A stretch of 64,000 nucleotides of DNA, from NCBI RefSeq assembly GCF_009914755.1, contig NC_060946.1. The stretch is one strand, 5' to 3'. Both the position numbers and the translations under genes were made by a program. Numbering within the stretch: position 1 is the stretch's first letter; the number at the start of each line of letters is the position of its first letter. The notes under the pieces are model-generated. The model searched no databases and had not been told where the DNA came from. It saw only the letters and a list, made by a program, of their open reading frames with translations. Of this stretch, positions 33,761 to 45,220 are shown piece after piece. This DNA comes from the human T2T-CHM13v2.0 reference genome, Homo sapiens.

Positions 33761-36700
33761 GGCATGGAACAGGCAGGACTGGGGGTCTTCATCATGGGCC
33801 CCCACACTGTGGGCTCTAGGGGTTTCATTGTTGAGAGGGAAGTATGGACCACTGGACAGACCAGTGACCACAGTGTCTGTGGCTGTGTGTCCTGGGACAG
33901 TTTGTAAACTTTGGTGGCCTCATTTGTGACACGGGATGACAGCAGTCCCCGCCCAGGTCTGCTGGAGCTCTGAGAGGATAAGGGTACCCACAGCACTTTG
34001 CAAGTGCCTGTCATTAGTGAGAACTCTGAAACTGTGCCTTCCACAGCTACATTGTGTTATTGTTTTGTGTGGTTGCTTTCGTATTGCCTAGCAAATGACC
34101 TAGTCATGCTAAGAACTAAATTGATATTAGTTCCCTTCACTTTGCAGTCCCACGGACATTTCAATCACCTTATAACTCAGCGTGTTTGCAAATTCTATCC
34201 CTTCTGCTTGGGAAGCTCCTGTTCCAACCACAAATAACACCCCATCGTTTAGTAGTAACAGCATTTTAAACAGCATTTGTGTGGCTCTTGCAGCTTTTTA
34301 TGCTCTCTTCATGCCCCCTCATGGAAGCTTCGCACACACTCTTGGTTCTGTCGCATGGTTCCCTTTTGACATCGGTGGCATCAGAGGTCCACGGAGGAGC
34401 CACAGGACTGCCTGTCGGTCTAGCATTACCTTGTGCGGCTTACCTTGTCTGTTTTGGCTCCCAAGGCTCCAGAGGGCAGGGCCCAGGGCTCAACCCTCAC
34501 ATGTCTCAAGAGCTCAGTACACGGCGGAGATTCCCGGGAAATGCTGCAGTGAACTGGATTGTGAGGCAATGCACAGAACACAGCACTGCGTGGCACCTAG
34601 CAGTTATGACGTTTATCATCCCGGGTTTCTACCAGTGCCAGGAGAGTCCTGGGAAATGAGAGTCCACTGAGAGGTCATGGGATGGAAGGAACTCACAGAC
34701 TTGGGGCACAGATGGCTTCTCTGTGCCTGTGTCACCCCCGCCTGCAGATCCCATGTCCATCCTGGTGCCCGAGAGTCCCCATCCTGCATGCATGGCTTTG
34801 AACCTGCTCTGGGCTAGGAATGTCAGGCAGTGCGTCTGAGCTTCAGCCTCTCCATCCATAAAACAGGAATAACATTACTGCCTATCAGGATTTCATGAGG
34901 ATTAAATAAGGCTGAATGAGAAAGAGGCATATAAACTTGATTTTTACATGCCTTGGAATATAAATGCTTCTTAAAAATTTCAGTGATGCCTTTTACAATT
35001 CTGAAAAGTTAGTATAAAAAGTTTGCCTGCCCTGCCTTTCTCCTGAGACTGCATGTGAAAATCAAATACAACAACGAAAGAAAAAAATGAAGTGAATGTA
35101 TCATACCAGCTCAGCCAGCGTGTTTTGATGGCTTGAACTGAAGACATACCGAGATGTCACAACTGATGCTGAGCTGTGTCCCCCAAGCCAAGCCATTCTC
35201 TACCTTGCAACCAGAAACTCACAAACACAAGTCTGACCATCTCCCCTCTTTGCTTGAACTCTTGGGTGGTCCCGCTTGGCCATGGTGCTCAATGCCATCC
35301 TGGCTTCAGGATGATGCATGCCACATTTTCTGAGATCTGGTCCCAGATACTGCTTCTACCTTGGAATGTTTTTCTTCTCAGAAGAAACAAGGATACTAAA
35401 AGAAGCAAGTAAAAGCATTGCCCTATGACGGCTGACAAGAATAGACAGAAGGACAGAAGGTGCATTTCATTCAATCACCCAGAGAAAACTGTGCTCCTGG
35501 AGACAGAGGTAACACCCCCAGCTTAGCACAAGACACAGGGCAGTCAGTGGCGAATCCTGCCCTGGTAAGGTCTCCAGGCACCCGAGGCCTGGAGGTTTGT
35601 AACAAGAAAAGGAGCCAAGTTCCCTGTCCCCAGGAAGGAGCTGGACTCAGATGAATAGTGTGAGGGGGATAAAGAAAAAGTGTGCTCTCCTCCCGCCGAG
35701 AGGCTTCAAGAGCCCCTGCAGATTCGGAGTGATAAGGAGCTTAGACCAGCAACTGCTGTTTGATGAAGTTGCCATCTGTGGGATTTGCTGACTTTGAGCA
35801 GGACTCAGGGATATCTCTGTGTTACAGCCTGGTCAGGACTGTGCAGACGCGCTTTATCTGATCCTCAGGGAAATCATTTTCTGAGTAAGCTAAGCTATGA
35901 TGGCTTCTAGAGACTCTGCCAGCTCCCCCAGTGGAAAGGTCAATGAATCTTCCACCAAGAAAAAATAATCGTGGGAGGGACTCTGCACATTAAACACCAC
36001 TTCTGAGTTCCAAAGAATGTTCACAAAATAGCATGGCAAAAATGGAAAGAGGTGAAGCAGGTGAAGTTTGGGGTTCCTCTGGGGAGACATTTCTGGACCG
36101 TGCAAGCTTTTGAGGGTTGAGATTGGGCCTTCTCATGGCTTCATCCTGTGACAGTGTCCAGCACCTGGTGATGATGGTTTCGTGGTGGTGGTAGGCACTC
36201 AAGCTGTGTCACCAGGCACCATTGTTTGGCGAATTTGCCATCATCCAAGGTATGGCCATAGCCACCTGGGCCCAGATGCTGTCTTTTGTCTGGGGCTCAG
36301 ACTTGATCAGACACAGGTGGGAAGCTCATGAGAGACAAGCACATAATGAAAATGTCAGTGTGCTGGTTTTCAACATCACAGGGTGGAAGGAGGAGCCTCC
36401 TGGCCATTCCCTACTGAGATGGGTGTTGTTTAGAAACTGACATTTGATTCCCTGCTACCATCACACCATTGTTGAGAGCACTCACTCTTTCTAAAGCCTT
36501 GGTGAGAGCCTCCTCGTTCCCAGACCTGCCTCACCTTGCTCACCCTCACACCATCCTCCATCCTCTGTCGGGCCAGCGAGCCTGTTCCGTGTGGGACGCA
36601 ACCCCCTGACGATGGCGGTGTCTTACCTCCTCACCATCTGCACGCTCTTCTAGCTCTGCACTGCACCTGGAGCGATGGGGCCGAACATGACCTATTAGCA

Positions 36701-38099
36701 AGACTCCCCCTTGCCCCATAGAAAGATGAGATCAGCCTCCTTGTCATGAGGTTAGGGCCAGGACACCACACACGTGGGTTGGGTTCCACAACATGGAGTC
36801 CAAAATGATAGAAATTTCACGACATTGCAAACTCCTTAGTATTCTGGCTATGCAGTGATGGGGGCAGCTGGAATTCTGACCCCAGGCACCAGCCCCTCAG
36901 TGGCTCTGCCCAATGCTGGCCGGCCTCAGTTTGCCACAGGAGCCCGAGGCCTCTCTGTGGCACCAAGAACAGCTGGGTCACTGTGCATGTGGTCAGAATG
37001 CCACGTGGTTTATGGCCTCAATTTAAATGATTACAAGTATTAATTAATGGATGGTTGGAGGATGGAGGATGGACAGGACTACCCAATATTTACTGAGCAC
37101 CTGCTTTGTGCCAGGCACCCTGAAGCCCTGATGGGCACTGCACTTGCTCCTCCAAGCACCTCTCTTTCCATCTCCTAAGTGGCCGAGCAGCCACAGCCAT
37201 TATTGCCCCGTGCCAGATTCAGTATGCGGAGGATCAATGCGGCAGCAGAGCGTCCATGCTCTGAGTGGCGCGGGCTTTGGGTGATGGCATTTCCCCAGCT
37301 GTGTTCCCTGGCAGAGACTGTGGTGATATTTCTGGCTTTGTTGCTATGTCAACCCCCGATCTTGTTCTTGCCTCCTGTCTTGCGTCAGGCTGGAGGCAGC
37401 CTCTCCTGAGCTCTCCCTGTCCCTGGTGTGCACGGGAGGCTGCAGGCTGTGAGCAGCCGTGCCGATGAGCCTCACATCACACAGTGAACTTCCCCTTGCT
37501 TGGATGTCTGACCACCACCATGAGGGGCCTACTCTTAGGCTCCAGGGGCAGGCTGGGCACCCCCACTGAGTTCTCACCTGAGGGGAGAGACCTGGACATT
37601 AGTGGGGTGAAGAACGCGATGAGGGTCCTGAGACAGAGGCCTGCTTGAAGAGTAGGATAGTGTCTCCCGCGTCACAGGTGACAGCAACTCATTGTTGAAT
37701 GAGCAGTAGCTGAGCGAGTGGACAGATGCATGATGACATGTAACGATCTGGACTTGTTCAACGTAGGAATGGGGCCAGGAACCATAACACCACGGCAGCA
37801 CAATTGCATAGTACAGCAATAGCATCTAACATGAATTGGGTACTTACTGTGTACCAGGCACCATTCCTAGCATGACGTGCAGGAAGGTGTCCAGTCCTAC
37901 AGCAGATGTAATGCAGGTGTATCACTGCCGTGGTGCCGTGCACCGGGGACAGCACACAGGGAAGCTGGGGTCACGGAGACTACATTGAGATTTACCCACC
38001 TCACCGTGTCCAAAGAGGGTGGGGACCACTTTCTATGCGGAAGAACTATCGGCTTCATAAATGGTTCCCTGTCACTGGAGCAATTGGGAGCTGGTCCGT

Positions 38100-38660
38100 G
38101 GTATGGGCAGGAAACCATGGATGTGCGCGGTCAATGGCTACAGGGACGGAGGGCAAGGGTGGGCAGGCTGAGTCATCAGGAGGTGAAGTGGCAGCGCATG
38201 AGGACTGTGTGGACAACAGGGTGGAGGTGGAGGAGACCCCCATGCCTGGGGGAGAAGGATCGTGTGGGGAGCTGCTGTAACATGCTCAGGGAGCACAGAG
38301 GGTATGCACTCCTGAGCCACGAGGAAGGTGGTTCCAATTCTCACAAAACCTCCAGAGCAGGAGAGGAGAAGCTTGCCAGGGGCAGTGTGGAGTGGGGAAT
38401 GGGGAGTGCCTTGGAAGAAGCCTGAAGAACATCCCTGCTCAGGAGGGGGAACCACGGGGAGTGGAGATGACAGAGGACGAGAGGCCATGGCTGCAGAGGG
38501 TCTTCCTCGGGCTGACTCAGGTGCATGCTGGGAATTGCATCAGGGAGGTCTCTGTGGGCTTCGGTGACAGCTGTGCACGATGATGGGGGAACTTGGTGGT
38601 GAACGCAGGTAATTACGTCTGGAAGTTTAGTGTGAAGACAAGGAAGGAAACTTGATTGAT
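38100..38660 (-). mobile_element. L2 fragment
   Basis: GCTGAGTCATCAG; GGAAGAAGCCTGAAG; GCATCAGGGAGGTC; GGAAGTTT..TGTGAAG. Confidence 0.4.
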
Positions 38661-39232
38661 GCAGGAAGGGGTCATGGTTTGCAAGGTGCTCTCTTGCCTG
38701 CGGTGCCCCATGGTTGAGTGGAGCACCTTCTGTGCAGGGTGACAGGGCTGGGAGGGGACAGGGGAAGAGTGTGTGGGGTGAGGCGGCTTCTGGGCTCCTG
38801 ATCAGTCTCTGGGGTGGCTGTCTTCGTGGATTTCCTTTGAGGTGTGGGGCCCAAGCTGATCCTGGCCTCACTATTGGAATGAGGGTCTCAGGGTGGGTGT
38901 GGTACCATGTAAAGGTGCCAGCAAGTCCTCACAGGTAGGGATGGCCTGGCTCCTGACAGGTAGACCCCTTAGGTGCAGGAAGCCTCTTCTTTGAGACCAG
39001 CAGGCTGGTCTCCCCAAGGAGGTCTGAGGAGCAGCCATGTCAGACCCGGCTCTGTTCCGAGCCTGCAGCCAGAGGGCAGGTCCCACGTTCCAGGCCTTCT
39101 TCCCTCCTGGCCCCTGTCCTCAGTGTTGCTCGAGCCCTGAGTGTGCCAGGTGCTCACACAGGGGGGCCTTGGAGCACCGGGGGGCCATCCCATCCACAGG
39201 GAGGAGGGAGATGGGCTTTTCTCCCAGGAAAC

Positions 39233-39531
<299 letters not shown>

Positions 39532-40326
39532 TCTCCCAGGAAACATTTTAAAATGTACTTTACTGATATCACTAATGTCTGTTTTATTTTAAAATAGAGA
39601 AAAAAAGGAAGAAACCACCCCCTGCCTTGAATAGTTACACCTGCACTTGCCGTCCACTGTGACTCTCTGTGAGGTTTGTTTTTGTGACATTTTCCTATGA
39701 AGTAAGTGGAGAAGATGGCACTTCCTGGGTAGGCAGGCATCTGGCAGGACAGCAGGGGGTGCCCAGGTGCACAGAGGCTGCCCAGGGAACGCGGTTTCCC
39801 CCACAACCAGCTCCGCCTTCCCACAGCCACCCCTGGCTGGAGTACAAGTTACTGGGGCTCAGTTCTTAGGATTCCTACAAAGCCCAATTTGGGTCACCTG
39901 ACTTGTTAAGTCAGGTGAAGGTGACTTACCTGAGGGGCCTGCAGGATGTGGGGTCAGGCTCTGGCACTGGGTGCTCTCCGTCCTCCTCAAACGCTCTCTA
40001 TGCTCACTGGCCTTCAGGGTTCTTGGGGGCTCCTGTTTGCTCTTCGGGCGTTGGCATCCTCCAGTGGACTCCAGGGAAGTTAAATAAATGCCAAGAGGAT
40101 TCACGTGGCAGGGCCCTGGAGGTGGAGAGGAAGGAGCACAGGAGACACCAGGTGCTCGCTGTCCAGCGGGGATGCAGGCATGAACATGGCAGAGGCAGGC
40201 AGCACCCCTCAGAGCGCTGAGCTGTCGGGAAGCCCCCGGCCCTGGTCACTCCCCACGCCTGCCCAGAGAGGCCGCGCCAGATCCATTAAAAGTGTTTCAG
40301 CAGCTTCAGAGGCCCCCATTTGTACT

Positions 40327-40559
40327 GCCCATTCTGGAGACAACAGCGCCCTCTGCAGTGCCCTCCTTCAGCCTTGGGGCATGTGAAGGAGCATTGGGGC
40401 TGGCAGACAGCCTCCGTGGGCTGGGAGAGAGGTGGACCCCCGGGTGAGAGGATGCAGGGGATTGTTGTGCTCTGCAGTTTTGGGGCAGGTGTAGCCTGAC
40501 CTCAGGCTCTTAGAGGGAGGAGTCCAGGGCCAATAACCTGACCCTGTGAAGTGGGGGCT
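40327..40559 (+). repeat. 233-bp dispersed direct repeat, copy 1
   Basis: aligns without gaps to 43049-43281 with about 22 mismatches (counted by eye). Confidence 0.95.
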
Positions 40560-41897
40560 ATGTGACCCTCACAGAGCCTCTGCCCTGTGGGCTCCAAACT
40601 GAAAGCTTTCTAGGCTGAGTCCAGAAGATATTCTCTGTGGTCCCCATGTGGAGCTGGGGGCTCGTTGCTCACCAGGAGAGGGACGCTGGGTGCTGGGGCT
40701 GGGGGGCCCTCCTGGGATAGCAGCAGGTTCATATCTTGCTCTGGACACCAGATACTCACCTGCTCATCCTCTACAATGCACCTCTGCATGCCAGGAAGCC
40801 CACAGCGTGCAGATGAGAAGACCAGGGCTGAGGTTGGCTCTGTTTCCCAAGCAGATGGTGGAAGGCAGATCTGAACCCAAGTTCTGTGTGATTCCCAAAG
40901 CAGAAGGACAGACAGCTGCCCCCCTGAATGGCACTGATGCTGCCAGGGGACAGGAGCGACTCCTGCAGCCACCTTTCCTGAGCACTGAGGCTGAATGTGG
41001 GAAGCAGGGGAGGGTGCCAGGCCCCAGGAGACCCTGAAAGCTGGCAGGAAAAGCAAAGCAGCAGTGCAGGGAAAGCCTCTTGGGGGCACTGTCCTGGGGG
41101 GAAGGAGAGCACAGAAGGTGGGTCCTGAGCTTCTACCATTCCAGGGCTTCCTGAGGAGGCCCTGCTTCTCCTTAATGAATGAACATAGCTGCTATTCCAA
41201 TCTTCTGGCATTCCTCACCATATCAGTTCCCCCTCTGGTTGCTGCCTTCATAGCCTGAGGAGCCCCTCTTGCTAAGGGTAAACCCACCAGGAGGTAACGG
41301 GAAGAATGGGAGGACTTCCACCAAGGTCAGCTTGCCAAGTGATGCTGCTCTAGCCACAGGGCCCCTTGGCTCTGACACAGGACAGCATGACCATTGTGCA
41401 GCAAGGTGACACTGGTGAGTCCTGCACCAGGGAGAGCCTGTCACTGGCAGTGCCAGAGGCTTAGGATCTAACAGTTCCAGTGTAACTGAGAGGTCCTAGA
41501 GTGCGAATGAGGGAGGTTCCCACACTGCGCAGGTTGGAGAGATGCTGCGTTACCGACGCTGAAGTGGTTGATGCCAGGGGCAGGGCCATTGCTATTCTAG
41601 GATGGTTCAATCCCCAAACCTCATCCTACCACATCTCCTCCTGAATGGCTTCTTGATGTCCCTTGAATGTCACTTTGCTGTGGCTTGTGCTCCATGGAGA
41701 AGCAGCCAGTCATTGATCTGTTGGACGTCTGTGACTCTTCCTAATTGAGTGTCCTCGCCCGAGTTCTTACCCTGCCCTGTAGAGCCACAGAGCAGTTTGT
41801 TTCTGAGGACAGCGCTTCCCATGTGGGAAGAGAGTGGATTGGTGCATCCAGGCTTGTTCTCCAGGGGTGTCCTGTGACATGTGTCTGGGTTATTGCT

Positions 41898-42272
41898 TGT
41901 ATTAGTCAGCTTGGGAGGCTGTAACAAAGCATCACAGACCGCGCAGCTTAAACAACAGACATGCATTTTTTCACTGTTTTGGAGGCTGGAAGTCCAAGAC
42001 CAAGGCATTGGCAGGGCTGGTTTCTCCTGGGACCTCTCTCTCTTTGGCTTGTAGATGCTCTTTTCCCTGTGTTCTCACACAGTCATCATTCTGTATATGT
42101 CTGTGTCCTAATTTCATCTTATGGGACACCAGCCACGTTGGATTAGGGTCTATCCATATGATTTTATTTAATGCACTCACCTCTTTAAAGACACCCTTTC
42201 TAAATGCAACCACACTAGGAGTTAGAGCTTCCACATATGGATTTTTCAGAAGGCTCGATTTAGTCCCTAACA
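41898..42272 (-). mobile_element. MLT1B/C-type solo LTR
   Basis: TGTATTAGTC..GCTTAAACAACAGA..GGAGGCTGGAAGTCCAAGA..GGATTAGGG..TAACA. Confidence 0.9.
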
Positions 42273-43048
42273 CCCCTGCCTTGGCATCCTGTGGTCATTC
42301 ACCTCCCAAACTTTTGCCTCTCCTCCCTCCTGACTTCCCTATAGCCATTGGGATCCATCCTAGGATGGGGTTTGAAGGCAAACATATAGCCCTGGCACAG
42401 ACCAATGGGGCGAGAGTCATATCTCCTTTCTTTTCCTGTCTTTTCACCATAGAAAACCTACCTAAACTTAAGTATTTGTTTCAAGATCAAGATCTCCTGT
42501 TGGGATGCCTGTGGGAAGCATTGCTCAGAGGCTGTTCTCCAACCTTGTACCCTAAATCCCTCAATAGGGTACAAGAAGCAGGAAGTGGAGGCCTGGGAGC
42601 CAGGCAGAAGCTGGGAGGATGCAGACACATCTCTGAAAGAGGGGGCCTGCTGGGTTTTAATCTTTAATTTGCTTTATTGGTGGGCTTCAGGCATCTAATG
42701 AGATACATGAGCTTTCTCACACAAGAGGATAATTTTAGTTTTGACCACAGGAGAGAAAAACACATCCCTGGGCTTGAGACAGACAGTATTTTTATGGTAT
42801 TTTTTAATGCTTTTGAGTATTAAACTTTTATGGGTGTTTTTAAAAATTCAGGAAGGAACTTCCAAACTCTCATGCATCCCGTGGCCTTTGATTGTCAGAG
42901 GCGCAGCACGACGGCGTGGTAGAGGGGGTGGGTGTGGACGTTAGCAGCCCGGATTCAGATCCAGACAGACCCCTGGCTGCGACTCCAATTCCACATCAGT
43001 AAAATGGGGTAATGGGGTTTGTGGGGCTCTCTGAGGACTGTGTGTCAC

Positions 43049-43281
43049 GCCCATTCTGGAGACAACAGCACCCTCTGCAGAGCCCTCCTTCAGCCTTGGG
43101 GCAGGTGAAGGAGCATCAGGGCCAGCAGACAGCCTCCCTGGACCGGGAGAGAGGTGCACCCCCGGGTGAGAGGATGCAAGGGACTGCTGTGCTCTGTAGT
43201 TTGGGGGCAGGTGTAGCCTGACCTCAGGCTCTTAAAGGGAGGAGTCCGGGGCCAGCGACCTGACCCTGTGAGGTGGGGGCT
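43049..43281 (+). repeat. 233-bp dispersed direct repeat, copy 2 (inside a MIR remnant)
   Basis: see copy 1; flanks read as MIR (GTAAAATGGGG.TAAT..GAGGA before; GCTTAGCAC..GCTCAG after). Confidence 0.95.
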
Positions 43282-43425
43282 CACACCGCAAAAGTGGCCT
43301 GGCTTAGCACTGCACTGAAAGGGCTCAGCAGATATCCCCATGGATTGATCATTAGGTCAATGGATGTAAAACATTTCTGCTCAAATCAAACCACTAAAAC
43401 GGCTTGATTTTTTTTCACTCAACAA

Positions 43426-43847
43426 CAGCTGTTTCAGCTCCAGCTGTGGCTGAAAGGGGCCAAGGTACATCTCAGGCCATTGCTTCAGAGGGTGCAAGCC
43501 CCAAGCCTTGGCAGCTTAGACATGGTATTCAGCCTGCAGGTACACAGAAGTCAAGAATTGAGGTTGGAGAACCTCCACCTAGATTTCTGAGGATGTACAG
43601 AAATGCCTGGATGTCCAGGCAGAAAATTGCTGCAGGAACAGTGCCCTCATGGAGAACCGCTGCTAGGGTGGTACATAAGGGAAATGTGGAGTTGGAGCCC
43701 CCACATAGAGTCCCCACTGTGGCATTGCCTAGTGGAGCTGTGAGAAGAGGGCCACCGTACTCCAGACCAAAGAATGGTAGATCCACTGACAGCTTGCACC
43801 ACGCACCTGGAAAAGCCACAGACACTCAATGCCAGCCATGAAAGCAA
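43426..43847 (+). mobile_element. THE1/MST internal fragment without LTRs
   Basis: GCTTCAGAGGGTGCAAGCCCCAAGCCTTGGCAGC..GAAGTCAAGAATTGAGG..GGTAGATCCACTGACAGCTTGCACC; translation matches the MaLR internal ORF (SEGASPKPWQL..GRSTDSLH). Confidence 0.9.
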
Positions 43848-44984
43848 TGATGGTGATGAAATGAGAGAGCTGCTCTCACAGAAGCAGGAAAACCATGGCA
43901 GAGCGAAGGGACTGGGAACACAGATGCCAGGAGACAGGGACAAGTCTTTCCAGACAAGGGGCACCTGCATTTCACTCTCACACTCCTTTAATGAACAAAG
44001 CGAATTCCTCCCATAAGGGAAGCATGCGCTGACCCCTGCCCTTTGAGAGGCGGGGAGGCTGGGAAAGGCAACAAGACACCAGAGAGCAAAAGCAGTGCAG
44101 CACGGGGGTGCACAGCCAGCCAGGCACTGGAGCTGGGCAGGGCCGGGTGGAGAAGACCTGCAGTTGGTTGAGAAATCAGGAGTGTCTCAGTGGAGTGACT
44201 AGTGTGTGGAGCCTACCTGGCATATTTAGGAGCTGAACTTCACCACTGGGGCAGGGACTGGCTGGGTGAATAAAGGCCAGGGGAGACCCCAGGGTAAGAT
44301 GGGGAGGCTGGTACAACCCTAAAGGGTCCCCTGGGCTGAGTTAGGTGGTCCAGACCAGGTACTTGAGTCACCAGGAGCTGCAGAGCTCTCTAAAGAGGTC
44401 ATGGTACCTTTGGGAAGATGACTTCAGGACCAAAGCAGTCCACCAAACAGAGCAGTCATGTCCTCTGCCCCTAAAAATGCCATAAAAATGACAGAAAAAG
44501 GTAGAATAAGTGTATAACCAGCAAGAGATACCATGAAAGAGACAAAGAGGCTGCAGGATTTCTCAGGAGGAGGGGTAGGATCAGACGGGTGGAGAAACCA
44601 AAGCGAACCACACACAAAAAACAGCAGGAAAAGCTACTGCAAAGATGAGGCCAAACCCTGTGCCCAACAGGCAGGCAGAGACGGGGCATGGGCGCAGTCC
44701 TCAGGGCAACTGAACAAGTGGGCACAGGAAGAACTGGCTTCTGAACAAAAGGAAGGGCCGGAGGCTGCACGGCGCTGCAGCAGAGTCTGTGTATTCTGGA
44801 GTCTGCCTCCATGGGCCTGAATTTGTTCTATAAAACGGAGATCGTGAGGATGTCACTTTTCAGCTTCAGCCAGTGCAGTTTTTATCATGATGTCGTGATG
44901 CACACTGCGTGGGGGAGGGGCAGGGGGCTACTGGTAACCCAAGAGTGAAGCTGAACAGGAAGGCGGAGCAGAACCAGCTGCAGT

Positions 44985-45220
44985 GTTCTAGTGTTCAAGA
45001 GAACAGTAGGGAAATTATAGTTGACGATAATTTATTGTCTATTTCAAAATAGCCAGAAGAAAAGAATTGTGCTGCTCCCAACACAAAGAAAAGATGAATG
45101 TTTGAGGAGGTGGATATCCCAGTTACCATGACTGGATCGTTACACACTGTATATGTGTATCAAAATATCATATGGCCTCAGAATATGTACAGCTATGATA
45201 TATCAATTAGAAATACAAAA
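44985..45220 (+). mobile_element. L1MA 3'-end fragment
   Basis: ATTTCAAAATAGC.AGAAGA..CCCAACACAAAGAAA.GAT.AATGTTTGAGG.G.TGGATAT. Confidence 0.85.

Noticed and set aside
38745-38764. Canonical G-quadruplex motif GGGCTGGGAGGGGACAGGGG
   Set aside because: A real motif but very common, with no context suggesting function.
42008-42667. Longest ORF (219 aa)
   Set aside because: Starts inside an antisense MLT1 LTR at a non-ATG codon; no recognisable domain.
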